Under the pieces are notes generated by a model, which searched no databases, was not told where the DNA came from, and saw only the letters and a program-made list of their open reading frames with translations. DNA of 64,000 bases from an uncultured bacterium. Its GTDB lineage: Bacteria > Acidobacteriota > Thermoanaerobaculia > Multivoradales > J023. The translations under genes were made by a program, and so were the position numbers. The stretch covers positions 50,549 to 114,548 of the forward strand of contig CBDUGP010000003.1 of the NCBI GenBank assembly GCA_965366625.1, given 5' to 3'. This document shows, piece by piece, positions 35,199-45,609 of the stretch. Numbering within the stretch: position 1 is the stretch's first letter; each line of letters begins with the position of its first letter.

Positions 35199-35567
35199 AT
35201 GATTCAAATGGGAAGCGTCCTTGAGGTAGCAGACAATTCTGGTGCTAAACGGATCGGTTGTATCACGGTACTTGGCGGGTCTACAGGCAGGACTGCCGGC
35301 GTGGGCGACGTCATCACAGCTTCGGTCAAGGAGGCCCTGCCGGACGGCACGGCCAAGAAAGGCCAGGTTGTGAGGGCGGTCATCGTCCGGACCCGTAACG
35401 CCACCCGTCGTAAAGACGGTAGCTACATCCGCTTCGACACTAATTCTGCGGTGTTGATCGATGCAAACAACGAGCCCATCGGCACTCGTGTCTTCGGTCC
35501 GATTGCCCGCGAACTTCGCGAGCGTCGGTTCATGAAGATCGTGTCTCTGGCGCCCGAGGTTCTTTGA
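35199..35567 (+). CDS. rplN: 50S ribosomal protein L14
   Basis: [22 protein letters not shown] signature. Confidence 0.95.
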   Translation: MIQMGSVLEVADNSGAKRIGCITVLGGSTGRTAGVGDVITASVKEALPDGTAKKGQVVRAVIVRTRNATRRKDGSYIRFDTNSAVLIDANNEPIGTRVFGPIARELRERRFMKIVSLAPEVL

Positions 35568-35602
35568 GCCTCTGCTCGTCTGGAGCCGAGGAGGAATACA
35601 CG

Positions 35603-35938
35603 ATGGCCAAGCTGAAGATCAAAAAAGGTGACATGGTCAAGGTGATCGCCGGGAAAGATCGAGGAACCGAGGCAAAGGTGCTGAGGGTCGATCAAAAATC
35701 CGGAAAAGCGATTGTCGAGCAAGTCAACCTGGTCAAAAAGCATACGCGCCCGAATCCACAGCGTCAGATTCAAGGCGGCATTTTGGATCGTGAGGCTCTG
35801 ATCGAGCTTTCCAATCTGATGCTGATTTGTCCTGAGACCCGAAAGCCGACCCGCGTCGGTCGAAAGGTGCGCGAGTTGGACGGCGGCAAGAAGAAGATCG
35901 TTCGGGTCGCCAAGGTTTCCGGGACGATCCTGGACTGA
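35603..35938 (+). CDS. rplX: 50S ribosomal protein L24
   Basis: [24 protein letters not shown] motif; ATG 35603 (ORF track start 35564 over-extended). Confidence 0.92.
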   Translation: MAKLKIKKGDMVKVIAGKDRGTEAKVLRVDQKSGKAIVEQVNLVKKHTRPNPQRQIQGGILDREALIELSNLMLICPETRKPTRVGRKVRELDGGKKKIVRVAKVSGTILD

Positions 35939-35960
35939 GCGCGGACTGGAGAGTTTCGAC

Positions 35961-36524
35961 ATGGCGACTAAACAATACGTACCGCGATTGAAGGCTCAGT
36001 ACCGAGACGAGGTAGTGCCCAAGATCAAAGCGGAATTCGGCATCGACAACATCATGGCCGTACCGAAGCTGGAAAAAATCAGCATCAACATCGGCCTGGG
36101 TGAGGCGAGCCGGAATTACAAGCTACTCGAGGTGGCGCAGAAAGAGCTGACGGCAATCGCCGGTCAGTATGCGACCATCACGAAAGCGAAGAAATCAATC
36201 GCAGCTTTTAAGCTGCGTGAGGGAATGCCGATCGGCACCCGCGTAACCTTACGGGGAGCCCACATGTGGGAGTTCCTCGATCGGTTGATCGCTACCGCGC
36301 TACCGCGTGTTCGTGATTTTCGGGGAGTCCCAAACAAGAGCTTCGACGGCCGAGGGAATTACACTCTCGGAGTTCGTGAGCATACGATTTTCGCCGAGGT
36401 GGATGCCACCAAGGTGGATTTCATTAAAGGTCTCAACATCACGATCGGCACGACCGCTGAAAACGACGAGCAAGCACGATTTATGTTGCGCGAGCTCGGA
36501 ATGCCCTTCGCTAAGAACAACTGA
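35961..36524 (+). CDS. rplE: 50S ribosomal protein L5
   Basis: 187-aa L5 family. Confidence 0.93.
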   Translation: MATKQYVPRLKAQYRDEVVPKIKAEFGIDNIMAVPKLEKISINIGLGEASRNYKLLEVAQKELTAIAGQYATITKAKKSIAAFKLREGMPIGTRVTLRGAHMWEFLDRLIATALPRVRDFRGVPNKSFDGRGNYTLGVREHTIFAEVDATKVDFIKGLNITIGTTAENDEQARFMLRELGMPFAKNN

Positions 36525-36588
36525 CCGCGCAGAGGAGTGTGTCGCTGCGGATCGATCGAGATCCGAACGGGCGCACGGGAGAAACGAG

Positions 36589-36987
36589 ATGAGCATGACC
36601 GATCCAGTCGCGGATCTCCTCACTCGCATCCGCAACGCTTTGCTGGCCAAACACGACCGTCTGGACGTGCCGGCCTCCAAACTGAAGCGGAACATTGTGG
36701 CCCTCCTGAAAGCAGAGGGTTACATCGAGGACTTCGAGATCATCGAGAATACGCCGCAAGACACGTTGCGTGTCTTCCTGCGCTACAGTCAGCAGGGAGT
36801 TCCAGCCATGCGCCGGGTCTACCGGGTTTCCAAACCTGGACGCCGGGTCTACCGAGGGGCGGACGACATCAAACCGGTTCTCAACGGTTTGGGTACCGCG
36901 ATCGTTTCCACGTCCAAGGGACTCTTGACCGACAGGCAAGCTCGCGAGATGCGGGTCGGCGGCGAGATCCTTTGCGAGATGTGGTGA
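36589..36987 (+). CDS. rpsH: 30S ribosomal protein S8
   Basis: MSMTDPVADLLTRIRNA S8 N-terminus; ATG 36589 with GGGAGAAACGAG RBS; ORF track start 36307 is a spurious 5' extension; no S14 gene between rplE and rpsH. Confidence 0.93.
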   Translation: MSMTDPVADLLTRIRNALLAKHDRLDVPASKLKRNIVALLKAEGYIEDFEIIENTPQDTLRVFLRYSQQGVPAMRRVYRVSKPGRRVYRGADDIKPVLNGLGTAIVSTSKGLLTDRQAREMRVGGEILCEMW

Positions 36988-37000
36988 GGAGGGACTAACG

Positions 37001-37543
37001 ATGTCACGTATCGGAAAAGCCCCAATCGATGTGCCGGCTGCCGCGAAGGTGAAAATCGAAGGCGATGTTTTCACCGCTGAAGGGCCGAAAGGCAAAGTGT
37101 CCGAGCGCATTTTCCCGGCCGAATGTCCGGTGGAGATCGAGGGCAACGTCATCCGGGTGACCCGGGTTAATGACAGCGGCTCGGTCCGCGCTAAGCACGG
37201 TTTGATCCGTGCCCTGCTCGCCAACGCGGTCACCGGCGTGGTAGAAGGGTTCGTCAAGAATCTGGAAATCGTCGGCGTCGGCTACCGTGGCGAAGTGAAG
37301 GGTAAGGAATGCCATTTCGCTCTCGGCTTCTCCCATCCGGTGGTCTTCTCGATCCCAGATGGAATAAACGTCGAGATCGATAAGAACAATAAGATCAACA
37401 TCTCCGGAGCGGACCGTCAGCAAGTCGGTCAAGTCGCGGCGGAGATCCGCAGTTTACGGCCACCAGATCCCTACAAAGCGAAGGGTATTCGGTACAGCGG
37501 TGAGCAAATCCGTCGTAAGGTCGGTAAAGCGGGCGCCCGCTGA
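37001..37543 (+). CDS. rplF: 50S ribosomal protein L6
   Basis: [18 protein letters not shown]6 signature. Confidence 0.93.
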   Translation: MSRIGKAPIDVPAAAKVKIEGDVFTAEGPKGKVSERIFPAECPVEIEGNVIRVTRVNDSGSVRAKHGLIRALLANAVTGVVEGFVKNLEIVGVGYRGEVKGKECHFALGFSHPVVFSIPDGINVEIDKNNKINISGADRQQVGQVAAEIRSLRPPDPYKAKGIRYSGEQIRRKVGKAGAR

Positions 37544-37575
37544 TCCCAGCGAGCCTAAGAGTCACGGAGCAAGCG

Positions 37576-37962
37576 ATGAGCAACTCGCACTCAAAGAAGA
37601 TCAAGGCCAAGCGGATGCGTCGTCAACGTGCCCATTTGCGGGTTCGCAATCGGGTGCAAGGTACGGCAGAACGCCCCAGGCTGGCGATATACAAGAGCCT
37701 GCGTTATGTGTATGCCCAGGTCATCGACGATCTGAGCGGCACAACTCTGGCACAGGCGAACTCCCAAGAAGCGGATATCCGCAGTGGCTTGGATGCCTCG
37801 GCAGGCAGCAAAGAAGCTGCCGCCGCGGTCGGCAAGCTGGTGGGAGAGAGAGCCAAAGATAAAGGGGTCGAGCAAGTGGTGTTCGATCGTGGCGGGTTCA
37901 TTTATCACGGTAAAGTGAAAGCGGTGGCAGAAGCCGCCCGCGAAGCTGGACTCAAGTTCTAA
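37576..37962 (+). CDS. rplR: 50S ribosomal protein L18
   Basis: 128-aa L18 ([19 protein letters not shown] ...). Confidence 0.92.
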   Translation: MSNSHSKKIKAKRMRRQRAHLRVRNRVQGTAERPRLAIYKSLRYVYAQVIDDLSGTTLAQANSQEADIRSGLDASAGSKEAAAAVGKLVGERAKDKGVEQVVFDRGGFIYHGKVKAVAEAAREAGLKF

Positions 37963-38027
37963 GAATGAAGTGAGGACGGGCATGATCCGTCAAATATGGC
38001 AAGGCGTAGCCTCGAAGGAGAAGCGTT

Positions 38028-38546
38028 GTGGCTAGGGATTTCGATCGCGACCCTGAGTTCGTAGAGCAGGTCGTTCACATCAACCGCGTGACCAAAGTGG
38101 TCAAGGGCGGTAAGAACTTCTCCTTCTCGGCCCTTGTGGTGATTGGTGACCAAAATGGACGGGTTGGTTATGGAACCGGCAAAGCCAAAGAGGTTCCGAT
38201 CGCCATTCGTAAGGGCATTGATGAGGCGAAGAAGAACATGATCCAGGTGCCCATGGACGGATCCACGATCCCCCATGAAACCATTGGAATTTTCAGCGCA
38301 GGAAGAGTGTTGCTGAAACCGGCCTCCCCAGGTACCGGTGTAATTGCCGGCGGCCCGGTCCGTGCGGTGATCGAGGTGGCGGGTATTCAGGACATCCTGA
38401 CGAAGTCCCTGGGTTCCACCAACCCACAGAATGTTGTGAAGGCTACCTTCCAGGGACTCTTGGACCTTCGAGACGAAAATACCATTCGTCGCGAGCGTGG
38501 CCTGCCCCCGATTGAAAAAAGCGAGCCTTCCCCGGCCTCGGCCTGA
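38028..38546 (+). CDS. rpsE: 30S ribosomal protein S5
   Basis: GTG start after GAAGGAG; [27 protein letters not shown] signature. Confidence 0.93.
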   Translation: MARDFDRDPEFVEQVVHINRVTKVVKGGKNFSFSALVVIGDQNGRVGYGTGKAKEVPIAIRKGIDEAKKNMIQVPMDGSTIPHETIGIFSAGRVLLKPASPGTGVIAGGPVRAVIEVAGIQDILTKSLGSTNPQNVVKATFQGLLDLRDENTIRRERGLPPIEKSEPSPASA

Positions 38547-38583
38547 GGGCGAGTGACCGGAAGCACGCGCGGAGATTAGAACC

Positions 38584-38775
38584 ATGGCGAACGAAAAGAA
38601 AAGCATTCGCATCGAGCAGCACTCAAGCCCGATCGGATATCCAAAGAAGCAACGAGAGCAGCTTCGTGGGCTCGGATTGCGTCGAATTCGGCACGTCGTG
38701 GAGCGGGAGGATACTCCGGCAAACCGCGGCATGGTCAACAAGATCCCGCACTTGGTGCGTATCATCGAGGATTGA
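38584..38775 (+). CDS. rpmD: 50S ribosomal protein L30
   Basis: 63-aa L30 ([30 protein letters not shown]). Confidence 0.9.
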   Translation: MANEKKSIRIEQHSSPIGYPKKQREQLRGLGLRRIRHVVEREDTPANRGMVNKIPHLVRIIED

Positions 38776-38780
38776 AGGTC

Positions 38781-39221
38781 ATGAAGCTGCACGATTTGTC
38801 TCCGGCTAAAGGAAGCACCAAAGCTAAGAAGAGAGTTGGACGTGGACCAGGCTCCGGATTGGGTAAAACCGCCGGACGAGGTCATAACGGTCAACGCTCT
38901 CGGGCGGGTTTCAGCCAACGTTTCGGATTTGAGGGTGGTCAGATGCCCTTGGTTCGTCGAGTGCCGAAAAGAGGTTTTACCAATCTCTTTCGCACCGAAT
39001 ATGCGGTGGTCAACCTGCGAGACCTCGGCCGCGTCGAGGGTGAAGAGATTAATCCCGACAATCTCCAGGCCAACGGTTTGGTTCGTCGCGGGATGTTGGT
39101 CAAAATTCTCGGTGAAGGCGATGTCTCCGGTGCTTTGAAGGTCAAGGCCCACAAATTCAGCAAGTCGGCGCGAGAGAAGATCGAAGCCGCCGGCGGTAGC
39201 TGCGAGGAGTTGGGCTCGTGA
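38781..39221 (+). CDS. rplO: 50S ribosomal protein L15
   Basis: [30 protein letters not shown] signature; ATG 38781 (alternative TTG 38772). Confidence 0.92.
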   Translation: MKLHDLSPAKGSTKAKKRVGRGPGSGLGKTAGRGHNGQRSRAGFSQRFGFEGGQMPLVRRVPKRGFTNLFRTEYAVVNLRDLGRVEGEEINPDNLQANGLVRRGMLVKILGEGDVSGALKVKAHKFSKSAREKIEAAGGSCEELGS

Positions 39222-40597
39222 TCGACAGTTTCCGTAACATCTTCGCGATCCCCGAGCTTCGAAAGCGGATCGCCTTCACCTTCGCGCTCCTCGCGGTTTA
39301 TCGCGTGGGGTGCGTTTTGCCGGTGCCCGGGGTGAACCCTGATGCGCTGCTCGAGGTGATGGCCGCCGCGCGGCAAACGATGCTCGGCTTTCTGAATACG
39401 TTCACCGGCGGCAGTATCGAAAGGGCGGCGATCTTCGCCTTGGGCATCATGCCCTACATCACCTCTTCGATTATCTTGCAGCTATTGACCGTGGTCGTAC
39501 CCTATTTGGAGAAGCTCTCCAAAGAAGGTGAGCTCGGGCGGCGGAAGATCACCCAATATACCCGCTACGGTACATTGGTGGTGTCTCTGATCCAGTCCGC
39601 GGGCATCTCGTTCACCATCGAACGAGTGACGACGCCCGGTGGAATGTCGTTGGTGAACAACCCCGGCTGGGGTTTCCGTCTGATGACGATCCTGACCTTG
39701 ACCACGGGTTGCGCTTTCGTCATGTGGTTGGGTGAGCAGATCAGTGAACGAGGTATCGGCAACGGTATCTCCCTGATCATTTTTGCCGGTATCGTGATCG
39801 GCCTGCCGAGCGCCATCGCCAGCACCTTCACCAAGCTTCAGTCCGGTCAGCTCTCGCCGATCTTGATCGCCCCCTTGGTGATCTTTATGGGTTTGGTGAC
39901 GGCTTTCATCGTGTTCATGGAGCGGGCTCAACGACGAATTCCGGTGCAGTACGCAAAACGGGTCGTTGGGCGCAAGGTTTACGGTGGCCAGAATACCTAT
40001 CTACCGCTTCGCGTGAACACCGGCGGCGTGATTCCGGTGATCTTCGCCAGCTCGGTGGTGATGGTCTTTCCGACCCTCGCCGGACTGGTGGATTGGGAAC
40101 CGCTGCGTCGGCTGGCTGAGATGATCAGCTGGGGGCAGCCGCTCTACTACTTGATCTACGTCACGACGATCATCTTCTTTTGCTACTTCTACGTGTCGAT
40201 CATCTTCAATCCGCAAGATACGGCCGAGAACATGCGCAAGTACGGCGGTTTCATCCCTGGAATTCGTTCCGGGCGACGAACTGCCGAGTACATCGATAAG
40301 ATTCTGACCCGTTTGACTCTGATCGGTTCCCTCTACCTGGCAGCCGTATCTGTTCTGCCGGAGCTGATGCTGTTTGGTTTCAAAGTCGGGGGCCTGCCAT
40401 TCATCGGCGATACTCTCGACCGAGTGGCGCCGGATTGGATCTCCCAGGGAATGGGTATCGACTTCTACTTCGGCGGCACCTCGCTGCTGATTATCGTCGG
40501 TGTGGCGATGGATTTTGTCCAGCAGGTAGAAAGCCAGCTCGTCATGCGTAACTACGACGGCTTCCTGAAAAAAGGGCGCATCCGTGGCCGACGCTAA
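39218..40597 (+). CDS. secY: preprotein translocase subunit SecY
   Basis: 459-aa 10-TM SecY; GTG overlapping rplO stop. Confidence 0.93.
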   Translation: MIDSFRNIFAIPELRKRIAFTFALLAVYRVGCVLPVPGVNPDALLEVMAAARQTMLGFLNTFTGGSIERAAIFALGIMPYITSSIILQLLTVVVPYLEKLSKEGELGRRKITQYTRYGTLVVSLIQSAGISFTIERVTTPGGMSLVNNPGWGFRLMTILTLTTGCAFVMWLGEQISERGIGNGISLIIFAGIVIGLPSAIASTFTKLQSGQLSPILIAPLVIFMGLVTAFIVFMERAQRRIPVQYAKRVVGRKVYGGQNTYLPLRVNTGGVIPVIFASSVVMVFPTLAGLVDWEPLRRLAEMISWGQPLYYLIYVTTIIFFCYFYVSIIFNPQDTAENMRKYGGFIPGIRSGRRTAEYIDKILTRLTLIGSLYLAAVSVLPELMLFGFKVGGLPFIGDTLDRVAPDWISQGMGIDFYFGGTSLLIIVGVAMDFVQQVESQLVMRNYDGFLKKGRIRGRR

Positions 40598-41147
40598 GAG
40601 AATCGTATTCCTGGGCCCACCCAACTCGGGCAAGGGAACCCAAGCCGTACGCCTGGCGCAAGCGTTGGGCATTCCGGCTATTTCAACCGGGGAGATGTTG
40701 CGTGCGGCAGTGGCCGCCGGAACGGCTCTCGGTCGTAGGGTTTCCGATGTCATGGATCGAGGTGAGCTAGTCTCCGACGATCTGATGGCGGAAGTGGTTC
40801 AAGCACGACTGGGGGAAGCCGATGCCAAAGCCGGTTTCTTGCTCGACGGCTATCCGAGAACCTTGCCTCAAGTGGCGACCTTGGATTCGATTCTCAGCGG
40901 CATTGACGCCTCAATAGATCACGTGGTGATGATCGATGCGCCAGTGCACATTCTGGTCGAGCGGGCTCTGGGTCGCGGTCGCAAGGACGATACGGTCGAG
41001 GTGGTGAAAATCCGACTCGAAGAATATCGTTCGAAAACGGAGCCTTTGGTCGGACACTACCGGTCCCTTGGGCTCCTGCGCGAGATCGACGGCAACCGGA
41101 GCATGGATGAAGTTCAACAAGCCATCATGGATGCGGTAAGAAGCTAG
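40584..41147 (+). CDS. adk: adenylate kinase (short-LID type, no Zn-binding lid)
   Basis: P-loop GPPNSGKGTQA, LLDGYPRT; only ~8 residues where long-LID Adk has ~35; 187 aa. Confidence 0.9.
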   Translation: MADAKRIVFLGPPNSGKGTQAVRLAQALGIPAISTGEMLRAAVAAGTALGRRVSDVMDRGELVSDDLMAEVVQARLGEADAKAGFLLDGYPRTLPQVATLDSILSGIDASIDHVVMIDAPVHILVERALGRGRKDDTVEVVKIRLEEYRSKTEPLVGHYRSLGLLREIDGNRSMDEVQQAIMDAVRS

Positions 41148-41965
41148 TGAGCAAAGCAATCCTCAAAACCCCTGGCGAAATCGAGCTTATGCACGAGGCA
41201 AATGCCATCGTGCATCGAATTCTCGCGGGTCTCGAGGATCGCATCGAGGCCGGTATCACCCCGAAAGCTTTGGATCGTTGGGCCGAGCAAACGATTCGTG
41301 ATGCAGGTGGCGTACCAGCCTTCTTGAATTATAAGGGCTATCCTGCGACACTATGCACCGCGCTGAACGACGTGATCGTTCACGGCATTCCCGATGACCG
41401 TCCTTTAGAAGAGGGCGACATCATCGGTTTTGACTGCGGAGTTCAGTACAAAGGGTATATTGGCGACGCGGCCCGCACCTATTCGGTGGGCCAGATTTCC
41501 GACGACGCTGCTTTGCTTCTGAAAGTGACACGTGAGTCCCTGATGCTGGGTGTCCAGCAAGTTCGTCCGAACGGACGTCTGGGGAATATCGGTCACGCCG
41601 TACAATCCCACGTTGAGGCTAAGGGCTTTTCCATCGTCCAGCAATTTGTTGGACACGGGGTGGGAATGTCTCTGCATGAAGAGCCTCAAGTACCAAATTT
41701 TGGCAAACCGGGTAAGGGCCTGCGCCTGCGCCCGGGGCTTGTGTTGGCCATCGAGCCGATGGTTAACGCGGGCAGCCACAAAGTGAAGACCGACGCCGAT
41801 GGTTGGACGTCCCGTACTTTAGACGGAGCGCTTTCGGCGCATTTTGAGTACTCGGTGGCTGTCACCGAGCGAGGACCGAGGATTCTGGGCGTCGACGAGG
41901 CGGAAAACAACCGGATTCTCACCTTCCAGGCCGCCGACGACAATGTCGTCGCTGCCAGGGCCTAG
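41147..41965 (+). CDS. map: type I methionine aminopeptidase
   Basis: 272-aa pita-bread fold (FLNYKGYPATLCTALNDVIVHGIP ... D ... H ... E motifs). Confidence 0.9.
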   Translation: MSKAILKTPGEIELMHEANAIVHRILAGLEDRIEAGITPKALDRWAEQTIRDAGGVPAFLNYKGYPATLCTALNDVIVHGIPDDRPLEEGDIIGFDCGVQYKGYIGDAARTYSVGQISDDAALLLKVTRESLMLGVQQVRPNGRLGNIGHAVQSHVEAKGFSIVQQFVGHGVGMSLHEEPQVPNFGKPGKGLRLRPGLVLAIEPMVNAGSHKVKTDADGWTSRTLDGALSAHFEYSVAVTERGPRILGVDEAENNRILTFQAADDNVVAARA

Positions 41966-41986
41966 AAACCGACAAAGGGATTAACT

Positions 41987-42208
41987 TTGGCCAAGGAAGA
42001 CGCGATCGAAGTAGAAGCGGTGGTGAGTGAAACCCTGCCCAACGCCATGTTCCGAGTGGAGCTGGAGAACGGACATCAGGTTTTGGCACACATCTCCGGA
42101 AAGATGCGCAAGCATTTCATTCGTATTTTGCCGGGTGATCGGGTGCGAGTCGAATTGTCTCCTTATGATTTGAGCCGCGGACGGATCACGTATCGGCTAA
42201 AGGGTTAA
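41987..42208 (+). CDS. infA: translation initiation factor IF-1
   Basis: 73-aa S1-like ([41 protein letters not shown]); TTG start. Confidence 0.92.
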   Translation: MAKEDAIEVEAVVSETLPNAMFRVELENGHQVLAHISGKMRKHFIRILPGDRVRVELSPYDLSRGRITYRLKG

Positions 42209-42259
42209 TCCCTAAACGGAACCCTCAACCGGAACTAGTAGTTAGCGAGGAACCGAAGC

Positions 42260-42373
42260 ATGAAAGTCCGAGCATCGGTCAAACGAATGTGTTCGAAGTG
42301 CAAAGTCATTCGACGACATGGTGTCGTCCGTGTGATTTGCGAGAACCCAAAGCACAAGCAGCGTCAGGGTTAA
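42260..42373 (+). CDS. rpmJ: 50S ribosomal protein L36 (Zn-ribbon C-x2-C-x12-C-x4-H type)
   Basis: 37-aa [37 protein letters not shown]; below ORF-track length cutoff; found by direct translation between infA and rpsM. Confidence 0.9.
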   Translation: MKVRASVKRMCSKCKVIRRHGVVRVICENPKHKQRQG

Positions 42374-42377
42374 GAAG

Positions 42378-42758
42378 ATGGCACGTATTTCTGGTGTCGA
42401 CCTGCCACCGAACAAACAGGTCTGGATCGGGCTCACTTACATTCACGGCATCGGCCGGACTGTATCCTACGCGATTCTTGAAGCCGCCAAGGTCGATCCC
42501 ACGACCCGGGTGAAGGATCTTACGGAAGACGAGGCCCGTCGTATTCGTCAGGATATCCTGGATAACCATCGTGTCGAAGGTGATTTGCGCAAGGAAGTGA
42601 ACCAGAATATCCGTCGTTTGATGGAGATTGGTTGCTACCGCGGCGTGCGTCATCGTCGAGGCCTGCCGACCCGGGGACAGCGGACCCACACCAACGCGCG
42701 GACTCGCAAGGGACCGAAGCGTGTGCAGGTGACCGGTAAGAAGAAAGTCCGCAAGTAG
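42378..42758 (+). CDS. rpsM: 30S ribosomal protein S13
   Basis: [26 protein letters not shown] signature. Confidence 0.95.
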   Translation: MARISGVDLPPNKQVWIGLTYIHGIGRTVSYAILEAAKVDPTTRVKDLTEDEARRIRQDILDNHRVEGDLRKEVNQNIRRLMEIGCYRGVRHRRGLPTRGQRTHTNARTRKGPKRVQVTGKKKVRK

Positions 42759-42771
42759 GTAGTGTAGAAAA

Positions 42772-43170
42772 ATGGCAAAAACCAACAAAGAAAAGCGTAG
42801 CGGGAAGAAGAAGGATCGCCGCGTCGTACCCCACGGCGTTGCGTACATCCAGGCTACTTTCAACAACACCTTGGTTTCGGTGGCCGATCCGGAAGGAAAC
42901 GTCATCGCTTGGGCCTCGTCCGGCAAAGCTGGATTTAAGGGCTCACGTAAAGGCACGCCGTTCGCCGCCCAGATGGCTGGTCGAGACGCGGGCATGACGG
43001 CCAAGGAGCGCGGCGTGCGAAGCGTCGACGTGATGGTCAAAGGTCCTGGCGGTGGACGCGAGTCCGCCATCCGCGCGCTTCAAGGCTGTGGCTTGCAAGT
43101 CCAGTCGATCAAAGATTTGACTCCGATTCCGCACAACGGCTGCCGTCCGCGTAAGCGTCGGCGCGTTTGA
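42772..43170 (+). CDS. rpsK: 30S ribosomal protein S11
   Basis: 132-aa S11 ([18 protein letters not shown] ...). Confidence 0.95.
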   Translation: MAKTNKEKRSGKKKDRRVVPHGVAYIQATFNNTLVSVADPEGNVIAWASSGKAGFKGSRKGTPFAAQMAGRDAGMTAKERGVRSVDVMVKGPGGGRESAIRALQGCGLQVQSIKDLTPIPHNGCRPRKRRRV

Positions 43171-43341
43171 CGGGTATCGGACCCTCCAAACCCATTCACC
43201 TTCGGACGAATCGCGAGTTCGGGGTTGCCTTCAGGTGGCCCTCGTCGAGTCGTCGAATATCGAAGAATTCGTGTCCTGTAGCTTCAGGGCGAGGTAGGAC
43301 AGCGTACGCCGTCCTATCCAATCCAACGAAGGAGTAGAACG

Positions 43342-43971
<630 letters not shown>

Positions 43972-44012
43972 GGTGAATGGGGCTTCTTCGAAAGCCCCAG
44001 GAAGGAGATTCC

Positions 44013-45005
44013 ATGCTCTGGAAAGGTTTTCAACGGCCGAAGCGTGTCGATATCGACAAAGAAACGGCTTCGCCGACGTCCGCAACTTTCTCGGCGCAAC
44101 CCTTTGAACGGGGTTTCGCTACGACTGTCGGCAATGCCTTGCGCCGGTCGCTGCTGTCCTCCATTGAGGGGGCTGCAGTAACGGCTATCCACATCGAAGG
44201 TGTACTGCACGAGTTTTCGTCGGTACCCGGAGTTGTAGAAGATGTGACCGACATCATTCTCAACCTGCGTCAGGTTCCGATTCGCATCGTGGGTGAAGAA
44301 CCCAGGTTCTTGACCCTCGATGTCAAAGGTCCGGGTGCGGTCACCGCCGGCCATCTCGAAGGGGATCCGTCGGTCACCATCGTCGATCCGGACCTGCCCA
44401 TCGCAACCCTCAACGAAGAGGGTCACATGCGGATGCAGATCCAGGTGAAGCAGGGACGCGGCTATGTGACCGCCGACAAGAACTTCGACGAAACCATGGG
44501 TATCGGCTGGATTCCGATCGACTCGGTGCACTCACCGGTCAAACGGGTCAACTTCCGAGTCGAGGCAGCCCGTGTGGGTCGTGCCACCGACTACGAGAAG
44601 CTGTCTTTAGACATCCACACCAACGGTACCGTGGCTCCGGATGAATCCCTGTCGTTGGCGGCCATGTTGTTGCGCGACCAATTGGGTATCTTCACCCATG
44701 CCGAAGAGAGCATGCGTGAGGAGGCTCCGGCCGCTCAATCCGAAGAGCTGTCGACCCTCGACAAGCTGCTGGCCAAGTCCATCGATGAGCTCGACTTATC
44801 GGTTCGGTCCGCTAATTGCTTGAAGAACGCAAATATCCATACTCTCCGGGATTTGGTTCGTCGGGCGGAAAAAGAGATGCTCGAAACCAAAAACTTTGGC
44901 AAGAAGTCGCTCGAAGAGCTCCAGGACGTCCTGGGCAAGCTCGGATTGAGCTTCGGCATGGACGTTCCCGAGCATCCGCCCGCCGGGCTCGAGTTGTCGG
45001 CCTGA
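44013..45005 (+). CDS. rpoA: DNA-directed RNA polymerase subunit alpha
   Basis: 330 aa; NTD (PFERGFATTVGNALRRSLLSS) and CTD (LDLSVRSANCLKNANIHTLRDLV); ATG 44013 after AGGAGA. Confidence 0.93.
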   Translation: MLWKGFQRPKRVDIDKETASPTSATFSAQPFERGFATTVGNALRRSLLSSIEGAAVTAIHIEGVLHEFSSVPGVVEDVTDIILNLRQVPIRIVGEEPRFLTLDVKGPGAVTAGHLEGDPSVTIVDPDLPIATLNEEGHMRMQIQVKQGRGYVTADKNFDETMGIGWIPIDSVHSPVKRVNFRVEAARVGRATDYEKLSLDIHTNGTVAPDESLSLAAMLLRDQLGIFTHAEESMREEAPAAQSEELSTLDKLLAKSIDELDLSVRSANCLKNANIHTLRDLVRRAEKEMLETKNFGKKSLEELQDVLGKLGLSFGMDVPEHPPAGLELSA

Positions 45006-45024
45006 GTTCTGAGGAGATAGGAAA

Positions 45025-45411
45025 ATGCGTCATTCAATTCGTGGAAAACGACTTGGCCGGACGACGGCCCACCGTCGCGCCCTTTTCCGGAACCAGCTCT
45101 CCTCCTTGGTGCTGCACGGTCGCATCACGACGACTTTGCCCAAGGCCAAGGAGCTGCAGCCGATCTTCGAGAAGTGCGTTACCAAAGGAAAACGCGGAAC
45201 GGTCCATGCCCGTCGCCAAGTGCGTCAATGGATCAGCAGTCGCGAGCTGGTAAAGAAGCTTTTCGACGACATCGCTCCCCGCATGGAAGACCGAAATGGC
45301 GGATATACCCGAGTTCTCAAACTCGGTCCCCGTAAAGGTGACGGTGCGGAAATGGCGATTCTCGAGTTGGTGGACTACGAGCCCGCCATGAGTTCTGACG
45401 ACGACGAATAA
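45025..45411 (+). CDS. rplQ: 50S ribosomal protein L17
   Basis: MRHSIRGKRLGRTTAHRRALFRNQ signature. Confidence 0.95.
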   Translation: MRHSIRGKRLGRTTAHRRALFRNQLSSLVLHGRITTTLPKAKELQPIFEKCVTKGKRGTVHARRQVRQWISSRELVKKLFDDIAPRMEDRNGGYTRVLKLGPRKGDGAEMAILELVDYEPAMSSDDDE

Positions 45412-45454
45412 GCGCTCGTCGCAGGAAACCGGTGATCGGTGCCGGCTTGCTGAG

Positions 45455-45494
45455 AATAAAAAAAGGGTCGCCCTTCCGGGTCGGCCCTTTTTTT
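45455..45494. terminator. rho-independent terminator after rplQ (A-run, GC hairpin, T7 run)
   Basis: AAAAAAAGGGTCGCCCTTCCGGGTCGGCCCTTTTTTT, 44 nt after rplQ stop. Confidence 0.75.
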
Positions 45495-45546
45495 GTTCGC
45501 GATTATTTCGACTAGATCCCTGTCCTTTGCCTCGCAAAACCCTTAT

Positions 45547-45575
45547 TTGCGAGGCTTAAGTGATTTGTATATAGT
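45547..45575 (+). promoter_or_regulatory. candidate promoter for PBP gene (TTGCGA-N17-TATAGT)
   Basis: -35 lies in the 3' arm of a 9-bp inverted repeat (CCTCGCAAA/TTTGCGAGG); 35 nt upstream of ATG 45610. Confidence 0.35.
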
Positions 45576-45609
45576 CGCACCTTCCGACTGGAAGGTAGAA
45601 AATTCGCGC

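Noticed and set aside
36537-36998. 153-aa ORF considered as a possible displaced S14 gene between rplE and rplF
   Set aside because: It is an alternative frame fully overlapping rpsH. It is Arg-rich low complexity and lacks S14 motifs (CxxC pairs, RELA), whereas the rpsH frame has a perfect S8 N-terminus and RBS.
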